A DNA stretch of 51,361 bases from contig JBEKIA010000001.1 in the NCBI GenBank assembly GCA_050011995.1, positions 1 through 51,361 on the forward strand, in the 5' to 3' direction. The notes beneath the pieces were generated by a model that made no database searches, had not been told where the DNA came from, and saw only the letters and a program-made list of their open reading frames with translations. This document shows positions 36,257 through 45,200 of this stretch, piece after piece (positions within the stretch are counted from its first letter, which is position 1; each line of letters begins with the position of its first letter). Source of the DNA: Verrucomicrobiota bacterium. GTDB lineage: Bacteria > Verrucomicrobiota > Verrucomicrobiia > Limisphaerales > Palsa-1400. The position numbers and the translations under genes are program-made.

Positions 36257-36379
36257 CAAGCCAGAATTTAGCCTGCGCGCCGGCAAAATGCCAGTTCGTG
36301 CCCGGTCTTTTGGGGCCACCGGATGCCATCCATGATTTAGGTGTGGCATTTAGGGAAACTGTTTTCTAAAGTTCCTGCC

Positions 36380-36655
36380 ATGAAGCCTGGACGCAAATTG
36401 GTCGAACTTGGCGCGCCGGCGTGCTCGGACGCGGAAATTCTGGCGATTCTTATTGGGAGCGGGGGCGCGAGTTTTTCGGCGCTGGATTGTGCGCGGGATT
36501 TGCTGGACCGCTTCGGCACGCTGTCTGATTTGATGGGCCGCCCGCTGGGGGAGCTGGCCGGCGTGCGGGGCATCAAGGCGGCGCGCGCCGTGCGCATCGC
36601 GGCGGCCTACGAACTGTCGCGGCGCCTGATCGAAGAACTCCACCAAAATGCCTGA
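36380..36655 (+). CDS. RadC N-terminal (HhH) domain only; the JAB domain is absent
   Basis: LVELGAPACSDAEILAILIGSGGASFSALDCARDLLDRFGTLSDLMGRPLGELAGVRGIKAARAVRIAAAYELSRR aligns with RadC/YicR N-termini. The ORF stops at about residue 91, and its TGA overlaps the next ATG (cTGATGa). Confidence 0.65.
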   Translation: MKPGRKLVELGAPACSDAEILAILIGSGGASFSALDCARDLLDRFGTLSDLMGRPLGELAGVRGIKAARAVRIAAAYELSRRLIEELHQNA

Positions 36656-39195
36656 TGAAGCCGCGAGAACTGTTTAAAGAAAAAATCAGCCGCCTGACGC
36701 TGCCGGAATTTCATCATCTCAACCGGCAGATTCCCCCGGAGCCGCATACGGCGATGTACGTCTGGCACAAATACTGGTCGCGGAAGACCTGGAATGTGGT
36801 GGCCAGGTTTATTTGCTCGTACACGCGCGAGCAGGCCGTTGTTTTGGATCCTTTTGCGGGCAGCGGAGTGGTGGCGATCGAGGCCGTGCGCCACAAACGC
36901 CGCGCCATCGTCTGCGATTTGAACCCCGCCGCCAGCCGCATCACCGAATTGACGCTGCGCCCGGTCAACCTGCTTTCGTTGCAGCAGGCGTTCGAGCGCG
37001 TGGCGGAGCGGACGCGCCAACGGATTGAGAAGCTCTACGAGGCCCATTGCCTCAAATGCGGCAAACCGCTCATAGCCTCCTGCTTTGTGCGCCAGGGCGA
37101 AGACCTGACCGAAGTGCGATACCCGTCCTGCCCTTCCTGCGAGCACCGTTGCGAGACTGGTTGCGCGCCCAGAAAGGCGGATGTGGAACGGCTTGTGGAA
37201 CTGGAGAAGAAGAGCATCAAGGTCTGGCACCCGAAAAACCGCCTCTATTATCCCGATGGCGCGCCGTTCAAAAAAAAGGAACATTACAACTCACTCGACG
37301 AGCTTTTCACCCGGCGCAACTTGCTGGCCGCCGCGTGGCTGCGCGAAGCGATTCAAGAGGAGAGGAGTCCGCTGTTGCGGAAGTTCCTGATGGGGGCGTT
37401 CACCTCCATGATTCATCTTTGCACCAAGATGTGCCCCGCCCTGAAACCGGGTGAGGGCAATCATCAAACGGGGTTCAGTTCCACCTGGACGCAACACAGT
37501 TATTGGTCCGCGAAGGAGTTCATGGAGCAAAATGTCTGGTTGAAATTCGAAAGCGCCGTCGTGGGCCACCAAGGCTTAATGAAAGCCAAAGAGGAATCCA
37601 ACCGGGAATTGGACGGACTGAAAATCAGCGACGACTGGCGCGAGGTCCTCAACGGCAAGGCCGATGTGGCCGTGGTCAATGGGGATTGCCTGGAAGTGAT
37701 GGCGAAAATGCCCGAGGATTGCGTGGATTACATCTTCACCGATCCTCCGTACGACGCCTCCATTCAATACGGCGAGCTTTCGTATCTTTGGAACGCCTGG
37801 CTGGGCGAGGACTCCCACTACACGGAAAACCTCCAGACCTACGAAGTCATCCGCAACGAACGCCAGCGAAAATCCTTTGCCGTTTATTACTCGCTGCTCT
37901 CCCACAGCTTTGAAGGTTTTCACAAGGTGCTGCGGCCGGGAGGCTTTCTAAGCCTGACCTTTCATAATCCCACTTTCAAAGTCCGCAATGCCACGGTGCG
38001 CGCCGGGGTGTTCTCTGGATTTGACTACCAAAAAGTCCATCATCAGCCGCTGGGACAGGTCTCGGCCAAGGCGATGCTGCAACCTTTCGGCAGCGCCCAG
38101 GGAGATTTTTACCTTCGATTCCAGAAAACGCAATCCAACCAGCCGCGGCCAATGGAGGAAGTCACCGAGGAACGGTTCCGCCGGATTGTGGTGGACACCT
38201 GCAAACAGGTCATCGCGGAGCGGGCCGAACCGACGCCTTATACCATCCTGATAAATTGTGTTGACCCGGTGCTGGCGAGAATGGGGCTTTTTGGAACGCT
38301 GCAAACCGGGCTGGATGTGAAGGATGTCTTGCAGGACGCCCTGGGAAAGGAGTTCCAGTTGGTGAAAACACGGATCGGGGCCGCGGAAGGCGAACTGTGG
38401 TGGTTTAACGACGCCGCTTTTGTCGCGCGATTGCAGGAGGCGCCCTTGACGGAGCGCGTGGAGCAGACGGTCTTCCGCTTTTTGAACCAGCGCGGGCGCG
38501 TCACCTTTACGGAGGTTTGGGACGCGGTCAGCCAGGAGTTTCCCAATTCATTGACCTCGGATTCCACCAGCATCCTGGAGGCGCTGGAAACTTACGGGCG
38601 GAAATCCGGCAAAGGGTACTGGCTGTTGCGCGACGACATCAAGGCGCGGGTGGAATCGCACAACGAACTGATCGCGCTGCTGGCCTTGATCGGCAGGAGG
38701 CGCGGCCACCAGATCTGGATTGGCCGAAATGAACAGGGCAAGCGGGCGGGCGGGCTGGCCCCCGATGCGCGGCTCGGCGATTTGGTCACCAGCAAACCAA
38801 AAAAATTGGAGGGAGTGGCCAACCTGCGAACCGTCCTGGACATGGATTTGCTATGGCTGGAAGGAGAAAAGGTGGTGATGGCGTTCGAGGTGGAATCCAC
38901 CACCAGCATGACGAGCGGCTTGCAGCGGGGGTCGAACATGCCGGCCGGGACCCCCAAAGTGATGGTGATACCGGAGGAGCGCGAACCGGATTTCCAGCGG
39001 AAAATGAAATCGCCCCTTTTCAGCCGGCATTTTCAGAATGATTCGTGGCGGCTGTTGTTCTTTGACCTTTTCCGTCAGGCTTATTCGAGGCTGCAGGACA
39101 AGACGGCCATTGAAGATTTATTTGACATGCCGCCTCCTCCGCCAAAAAGCCGGCCGCGAACAAAGGACGGCGGTCAAACGGTGATGGAGTTTTAG
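36655..39195 (+). CDS. Zn-ribbon N6-adenine-type DNA methyltransferase (COG1743/DUF1156-like) fused to a winged-helix domain and a PD-(D/E)xK-like C-terminal domain
   Basis: Observed: WHKYWSRK; motif I VLDPFAGSGV; Zn ribbon CLKC...CPSC; motif IV FTDPPYD; LRPGGFLSLTFHN; a wHTH-like FLNQRGRVTFTEVWDAV segment; and the C-terminus HQIWIGRNEQ...VLDMDLLWL...VVMAFEVESTTSM. Confidence 0.8.
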   Translation: MKPRELFKEKISRLTLPEFHHLNRQIPPEPHTAMYVWHKYWSRKTWNVVARFICSYTREQAVVLDPFAGSGVVAIEAVRHKRRAIVCDLNPAASRITELTLRPVNLLSLQQAFERVAERTRQRIEKLYEAHCLKCGKPLIASCFVRQGEDLTEVRYPSCPSCEHRCETGCAPRKADVERLVELEKKSIKVWHPKNRLYYPDGAPFKKKEHYNSLDELFTRRNLLAAAWLREAIQEERSPLLRKFLMGAFTSMIHLCTKMCPALKPGEGNHQTGFSSTWTQHSYWSAKEFMEQNVWLKFESAVVGHQGLMKAKEESNRELDGLKISDDWREVLNGKADVAVVNGDCLEVMAKMPEDCVDYIFTDPPYDASIQYGELSYLWNAWLGEDSHYTENLQTYEVIRNERQRKSFAVYYSLLSHSFEGFHKVLRPGGFLSLTFHNPTFKVRNATVRAGVFSGFDYQKVHHQPLGQVSAKAMLQPFGSAQGDFYLRFQKTQSNQPRPMEEVTEERFRRIVVDTCKQVIAERAEPTPYTILINCVDPVLARMGLFGTLQTGLDVKDVLQDALGKEFQLVKTRIGAAEGELWWFNDAAFVARLQEAPLTERVEQTVFRFLNQRGRVTFTEVWDAVSQEFPNSLTSDSTSILEALETYGRKSGKGYWLLRDDIKARVESHNELIALLALIGRRRGHQIWIGRNEQGKRAGGLAPDARLGDLVTSKPKKLEGVANLRTVLDMDLLWLEGEKVVMAFEVESTTSMTSGLQRGSNMPAGTPKVMVIPEEREPDFQRKMKSPLFSRHFQNDSWRLLFFDLFRQAYSRLQDKTAIEDLFDMPPPPPKSRPRTKDGGQTVMEF

Positions 39196-39355
39196 CCAGG
39201 CAAACCTTCAACCCCGCGATGAAGGATGGCACGGCGGGGCCAAAGATGAATCGAATTCTGGAGGCGATCAAGCCGGAGGCGGTCTATTTCACCGATCACA
39301 ACGGACAGCGCGGAGCGGTCCTCATCGTGGACTTGCCGGACGCATCAGATGTCGT
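39196..39355 (+). pseudogene. Fragment of a small conserved hypothetical gene, truncated at both ends
   Basis: TFNPAMKDGTAGPKMNRILEAIKPEAVYFTDHNGQRGAVLIVDLPDASD reads like the middle of a ~100-aa family I recall only vaguely. The frame opens right at the methyltransferase stop and decays into nonsense before the mazF stop. Confidence 0.3.
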
Positions 39356-39390
39356 CGCGGTGCGGCGTGCTTGCTTGTTGAGTTTTACGC

Positions 39391-39717
39391 TTACAATTGC
39401 AGCCATTCGCGCAATCGGGACCGGCAGGAGACCTGATCCCGATTCGAAAGTCTGCCAATGGATTTGACAATTAGATTGCTTTCAATGGTTGCCAACTGGG
39501 CTTTGATTCCACAAGGGACATTGAGTCCGGCGGCTTTCCAATCTCGCAACGTCAAGTCAACGTTCTGCAGTTGAGAGGAAACCGGGACCACGAATAGATC
39601 GCCGGCATGAGAACTGAGGCCAACCACGACCGCCGGCCGCACTTTTTTGCTGGCGAGGTTGGTGAAAGGAATCGGGACAAGGACCACTTCACTGATCGAG
39701 AAGTTCATTGAAAACAT
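39391..39717 (-). CDS. PemK/MazF-family toxin (type II TA endoribonuclease)
   Basis: EVVLVPIPFTNLASKKVRPAVVV....DLFVVPVSSQ...L.DWKAAGLNVPCGIKAQLATIESNLIVKSIGRLS matches the PemK pattern. Confidence 0.75.
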   Translation of the reverse strand: MFSMNFSISEVVLVPIPFTNLASKKVRPAVVVGLSSHAGDLFVVPVSSQLQNVDLTLRDWKAAGLNVPCGIKAQLATIESNLIVKSIGRLSNRDQVSCRSRLREWLQL

Positions 39718-39910
39718 CGTCGTCCGAATTGTTCCATGCGCGCGTGAGAGTTTCCTCGGAGGATTTCAACCAGGCTTGCCGTTCCTTGTCCTCACCCGAG
39801 AGCGGTTTAGTTTGGACGGTGACGACGACCTGTGCTTTCTCCCGCAAAGGCAGGGGGCCGGAAAGTCTCAACATCCCGTTTTCGTAAATGGCCTCGACTG
39901 TTGTGGTCAT
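39689..39910 (-). CDS. DUF104/AF2212-like antitoxin
   Basis: MTTTVEAIYENGMLRLSGPLPLREKAQVVVTVQ is the DUF104 signature. It overlaps the toxin start by 29 nt. Confidence 0.6.
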   Translation of the reverse strand: MTTTVEAIYENGMLRLSGPLPLREKAQVVVTVQTKPLSGEDKERQAWLKSSEETLTRAWNNSDDDVFNELLDQ

Positions 39911-40012
39911 GCCTTCATCATAGCATCCGCCAGTCGGGTGAGCAAGGAATGGCGGCCTGGCACCCGCCTCTCGGGTTCCCGCGAACCACGAGGCCCAGGC
40001 CCGCAACGCGGA

Positions 40013-40438
40013 TTAAAGCCTGTGTTCGTCCGCGTCAATGATGTCAACGAAGGTGCGGATGTCGTCGCGGCGGGCCACGCCGGCTTGCTCTTTGCGCATG
40101 GCTAAACGGGCCTGGCCCTGGACATCATCCGCCTTGGGACGGCCCAGCGTGTTGTCGCGATGGGCCGCTTTTTCGGCGGGAGTCCTCTTGGCGTTTTGGC
40201 GGACCCAATCGCACACCTCGCCGTCGGTGATGGAGTTTTTCACCACTTCAATCATCTTGTCGTGGGTGAGTCCGGCGGCCTTGAGCCACTCGCCATCGAA
40301 ACCTTTGCCAAAGTTATCCGTGTAATCGGAGTGCAGCTTGCCGGCGAGGTGAAGACGGATTTTATCAATGTACCGGGGCAGGTACATCCAGCCGTCCATC
40401 GTCTCGCGGGGGCTGCGGGGACATATTCTTTTTTCCAT
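40013..40438 (-). CDS. DUF5069-like protein
   Basis: PRSPRETMDGWMYLPRYIDKIRLHLAGKL..DY resembles DUF5069 N-termini. Confidence 0.55.
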   Translation of the reverse strand: MEKRICPRSPRETMDGWMYLPRYIDKIRLHLAGKLHSDYTDNFGKGFDGEWLKAAGLTHDKMIEVVKNSITDGEVCDWVRQNAKRTPAEKAAHRDNTLGRPKADDVQGQARLAMRKEQAGVARRDDIRTFVDIIDADEHRL

Positions 40439-40593
40439 GAAGACATGCTAGGCAAGGCGGGGAGAATGTCAACCGGCAGAATTTCCGCCGCCGCTCACGG
40501 CCAGTGACAAAGTCCCCGCAAGCGCAATGGCGCACACTTTTCGCCGGCTTGATTCGGCTTGGTCCGCGCCCGGTCGGGTGCTACAAACAAGGG

Positions 40594-41355
40594 ATGCGCC
40601 GCGCCGTGCCGGTTTACTTTCACACCCTGGAACCGTTTCTGGGTTTCTTCAAAACCGGGGTGCCGATCTTGATGTACCACAAGATCGGCCCGCGCCCGCC
40701 CCGCGTGCGGCTCCGGGGGCTTTATCTCCGGCGGGATGTCTTTGTCCGGCAACTGGAGGAATTGCAACAGGCCGGCTTCGTCTCCTGCCCGCCGGCCGGG
40801 GCCAATGTCAAGGCCCGCTCCCATGCCGGCCCGGAGCGGCGCATCGTGCTGACCTTCGATGACGGATTCCGCAATGTCTTTGAGAACGCCCTCCAACCGC
40901 TGGCCGAAAAACAGTTCCGCGCCACGGCATTCCTGGTTGCCAATTGCATCGGCAAACTCAATGAATGGGACCTGCGCGACGGCGAAGCGCCGGACCCGCT
41001 GATGGACACCGCGCAGGTGGGCGAGTGGTTGCGGGCGGGACATCGCATCGGCTCGCATTCCCTGACCCACCCGCGGCTAACCCGCCTGAGCCTGCGGGAC
41101 GCGCAGGAGGAGATTCTGGGGAGCAAAAAGAAGCTGGAGGACACTTTCGGCGTGGCGGTGGAGGATTTTTGTTATCCCTACGGGGATTGGAACGACGCCG
41201 TGCGGGACCTGGTGATGGAGGCGGGTTATCGCACCGCCTGCACCACGGAGTACGGCGTGAACCTTCCGGCCACGCCGCCGCTGGAGTTGCGCCGCATCAC
41301 CGTTCGCCACCCCACCCGGAGCCTGAAGGCGCTGCGAGCGCGGCTTATGGGATAG
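40594..41355 (+). CDS. Polysaccharide deacetylase (NodB homology domain)
   Basis: VPILMYHKI, VLTFDDGFRN, GSHSLTHPRL and FCYPYG are present. Confidence 0.8.
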   Translation: MRRAVPVYFHTLEPFLGFFKTGVPILMYHKIGPRPPRVRLRGLYLRRDVFVRQLEELQQAGFVSCPPAGANVKARSHAGPERRIVLTFDDGFRNVFENALQPLAEKQFRATAFLVANCIGKLNEWDLRDGEAPDPLMDTAQVGEWLRAGHRIGSHSLTHPRLTRLSLRDAQEEILGSKKKLEDTFGVAVEDFCYPYGDWNDAVRDLVMEAGYRTACTTEYGVNLPATPPLELRRITVRHPTRSLKALRARLMG

Positions 41356-41384
41356 GCCCAAAAGCGCGGGCAAGAAAGCTGTAC

Positions 41385-41465
41385 TGCGTCAGTGACGCAG
41401 GGGGAAAAGGTAGGGCGGGCAGTCTCCTCTGCCCGCCGCGGCGCGCACGGAGTGCGCGCCCTACC
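41385..41465. repeat. Second copy of the nested-hairpin REP element
   Basis: tgcgtcagtgacgcagggggaaaaggtagggcgggcagtctcctctgcccgccgcggcgcgcacggagtgcgcgccctacc; compare 23067-23145. Confidence 0.85.
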
Positions 41466-41596
41466 CGCCGTCACTGACCCATCACAAAAAAGCTTCCGAA
41501 ATCCCTTGACAAATGGGCTTGTGCGTGGTTAATTTACCCGCGCAGTTAGTATAAACGCAGTCAGTTGCCCTGAAACAAACATCGAATTATTGAATT

Positions 41597-42127
41597 ATGA
41601 AATCTGCTTTTGCCTGTCTTTTCGCCCTGGGTGCAATGCTCGTTTCGGCCCGCGGGGCCGACGTCACCACAAAACTCACCGACGTTCATCTCTGCTGCAA
41701 GAGTTGTGTCAATCTTGCCCAGAAGACGGTCGCCGATAACGTGCCGGGCGCAACCGCCGTGGCGAGCCAGGAGGACGACACCATTACTGTGACCGGGCCG
41801 GACACGGCCACGGTGCAGAAGGCCGCCAACGCGCTGGTCAAAGCCGGTTATTTCGGCAAGAGCAGCAACGCGGACATCAAGATCACCCCCAACACCGGCG
41901 CGACCGGCCAGCAGGTGCAAACGCTGGATGTCAGCAATGTCCATCTCTGCTGCCCCAAGTGCGCCAAGGCGGTCACGGATGCTCTCGCCGCCGTGCCCGG
42001 CGTGAAAACCACCACAGGGGTGGCGAAAGACGCCAAGACTTTTCAGGTCAAAGGCGATTTTAAGGACTCGGATGTGTTCGCCGCCTTGCAGAAGGTGGGA
42101 CTGACCGGCAAAGCCGGCGCCCCATAG
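41597..42127 (+). CDS. Secreted tandem HMA-like (ferredoxin-fold metal-binding-like) protein with HLCCxxC motifs
   Basis: Signal peptide MKSAFACLFALGAMLVSARGA. There are two ~80-aa halves, each starting (L/V)..VHLCC(K/P)(S/K)C, followed by an alternating beta/alpha-like pattern. Confidence 0.55.
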   Translation: MKSAFACLFALGAMLVSARGADVTTKLTDVHLCCKSCVNLAQKTVADNVPGATAVASQEDDTITVTGPDTATVQKAANALVKAGYFGKSSNADIKITPNTGATGQQVQTLDVSNVHLCCPKCAKAVTDALAAVPGVKTTTGVAKDAKTFQVKGDFKDSDVFAALQKVGLTGKAGAP

Positions 42128-42164
42128 TAATCTTCCTTCATCTTCCAAACTAACACAACCCACA

Positions 42165-42202
42165 GGCCCGGAACGATTTATCGTTCCGGGCCTTGCTGTT
42201 TT
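42165..42202 (+). terminator. Intrinsic terminator: perfect 12-bp stem, tetraloop, T-rich tail
   Basis: ggcccggaacga ttta tcgttccgggcc ttgctgtttt. Confidence 0.75.
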
Positions 42203-42256
42203 CCACGGGAAAGCTCATTGTGGAATTTTGGCCGCGGGAGGGTGTTATCCTGTAAC

Positions 42257-45200
42257 ATGATGACGAACGAATTGCTCCGCCGCTACGTGGCCGGCCAGTC
42301 CGAGACGGCATTTGCGGAACTGGTCCGGCGGCATATCGCCCTGGTGTATTCGGCCGCGCTCCGGCAGGTGCACGGCGATGCGCAGGCCGCGCAGGATGTG
42401 ACGCAGGCGGTGTTCACGGACCTGGCGCGCAAGGCCCCCGGCCTGACGAACCACCCTTCGCTGACCGGCTGGCTTTACACCAGCACCCGCTATCTGGCTG
42501 CCAAGGCCCGCCGCGCCGAGCAATCCCGCCGTTCCCATGAACAGGAAGCCCACCAAATGAACCAACTCCTCCAATCCGCCGATTCCGACACGACTTGGCA
42601 GGAACTGCGCCCCATGCTGGATGAGGCCATGCACGATCTCAGCGCCACGGACCGCGAGGCGGTCCTGTTGCGTTACTTCGAGCGCCTTCCGCTGGCGGAA
42701 ATCGGCGCGCGGCTCGGTCTGACGGACAAAGCCGCCCACATGCGGGTGGAGCGCGCCATTGACCGCTTGCGCGCCGCGCTGGCCAAACGCGGGGTAACCT
42801 CGACCGTTACCGCGCTGGCCGTGCTGCTGTCCGCGCGGGCGGTGGGCGCCGTGCCTGCCGGACTGGCGGCGCAAGTCAGCAACGCCGCCGTCGCGACGGT
42901 TGCCGCCGGCGGCGCATTGGGCTGGGGATTGCTCAAGCTGGCCGGCTTAATCAAGGGTCAGGTGCTGGTTGCCGCCAGCGTGGTTGTAATGCTCGCGGGC
43001 TTGGTCGTCGTCCCGCACTTCTGGGACAAGAATCGCGGAACAACCACCAACCAAAGCGCGGCCCCAATCGCCTCCGCCGCCGCGAATGGCAACGCGGTCA
43101 AGAGAGTGTCCGCCGCCAAAACCACGCGAAGCAACGTCATGGTGCTCCACATCATCGCCGACGACACCGGCCAGCCCATTCCGGGGGCGGCGATTTACAG
43201 CCCTGCGAGACTTCCATACCCGGGCGCGGATCCAGAAGCAGCAGGGTCAATGCCGCAGAAGCTATTGGCGACCGCTGACGAATTAGGCGTGTGCGAGATT
43301 CCCATGTGGCAGGGCACGCCGGGCCCATTCGGCTTCTTCAGCAGGACGACAAATGGGTTTGTTGACGAGAGTGTTGACTGGCTCCCAAACCGGGGCGAAA
43401 TAATCCCCTCCCAATTCACCTTGCGCCTCAAGCGCGCCGATTCCATTGGCGGACTGGTGGTGGATGAGGAGGGCAAGCCTGTTGCCGGCGCGACGATTGA
43501 ATTCGAAGGACAGACTCGGGGAGACCCGGAAGACCGCCATATTTCTTATCGCCTCGGCTTCTCAACCGAGACCGGCGGCCCACCGGCAGTCACTGACGCT
43601 GCCGGCCGCTGGCACAGCGAAAAGGTCCAAAGGGAAGACGTCGCGACCCTCTCCATCCGCGCAGCGCATCCGGACTACATCGTCCAGCCCTTTTTCCATG
43701 TTATGAATGGCGAAGGACCCGAGGCGGAAAAGCAAAAGCTGGCCGGCACCTACCTTTACAGGCTCACTCGCGGCTTGCCGATAAGCGGCGTCATCGTTGA
43801 CACGGACGGCCACCCTCTCCCTGGAACAGAGGTGACGGTCAGGCATCTGGGAGCCGCATATCTCCCGACGAATAATCAGGGCAGGTTTTCTATGGGTGCT
43901 CCGGCGGCGACACCGGTCGCAACGACCAATCAGGCTGATGGCACATTTAGAGTGACCGGCTGCCGACCGGGCACGAATGAGGTAGCGATTGAGGCGCGCG
44001 GATTCGCCTACACGAAGCTGGAAGTCAATCTTACAGCCGACACCGCTCCCTTGCGCCTCATCCTCCAACCCGGATATATTCTGCGGTTGCGCGTGGTGGA
44101 CACCAATGGGCTGCCACCACCCAGGGCCACGGTTAACGCGCTGTCACCTCTTGGAGTGCTTCTCCGCAGGCTCAACTACCATGACGACGGCCGTGTGGTA
44201 TGGGAAAGCGCGCCCGACCGTGAGTTGGTGATCAACGTTCGCGCTCAAGGATTGCCGCCCGCCGCAGAAATAACGGTGGCCGCAGGCCTCCACGTCCAAG
44301 CCAATGGGGAGGAACATCTGGTCAGGCTCACGCCCGCCCAGCCTTCTCCCGCTCTGCCACGGGTGACCATATCGGGGACTGTGAGCGATGCCGCAACCCA
44401 CCTGCCGATCCCTCGTTTTCGTTTAATTTACGGAGCCCCCTATTCTGTGAAGGAGGGCATTACGAATGCTCAGTGGATAGGTCCGCTCCTTTACGACGGG
44501 AAGTTCCGGTTTGCAGGCGGCGGCCCGCAGTTGTGCTTCAAGTTCGAGGCGGAAGGCTACGCGCCGTTTGTCACGCGGTTTGTGCGGGCGGACGAAGGCG
44601 AGGTTACGTTCGACATCATGTTGCTGCCCGCCGCCTCCAAAACCGTGACCGTCCTTTCGCCCGATGGCCGCCCCGCCGCCAAAGCCGACATTGGATTGGA
44701 CATGCCGGGCACGGGATTAACACTGAGTCCAGGCGCATTATGGCACACAAGGCCGCAGGCGTCTATCAATGTGTCCAAGACCGACGACCAGGGCCGCGTC
44801 GCCCTGCCTCCTGACGACAGCGTGGTGCGGGTCATTGCGGTGAACGAGGATGGTTATGGGGAAGCGACCCCGGCGGCGCTGGCCGCGCAGCCAACCCTGC
44901 GCCTCCAACTGTGGGGCCGGTTGGAGGGCGACTACCTCGTCGGAGGCAATCCCGCGCCCGGCCGGGTTCTTGTCCTCGCCAACATCAAGAACCGCGAGAG
45001 TCTGGAACTCGACAGAACAGACTACAGCGCCACGACGGACGCGGACGGCCACTTCAGTTTTGCCAAGGTTCCTCCCGGCCAGTTCCAACTGTTCTCAACC
45101 AACGTCGTGGTTCGTTCCGGCCAAACCACGACCGTGACGCTGCGCGCCAACGCCGTCTCCGTGCGCCTGCGCTGGCCCGATGAGCTGCCACGGCAAGCCA

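Noticed and set aside
33659-36271. Plus-strand ORFs 33659..34516, 34613..35503 and 35630..36271
   Set aside because: They are antisense to the U32 gene, which has an unmistakable Cys-cluster and ELLAPAG motifs.
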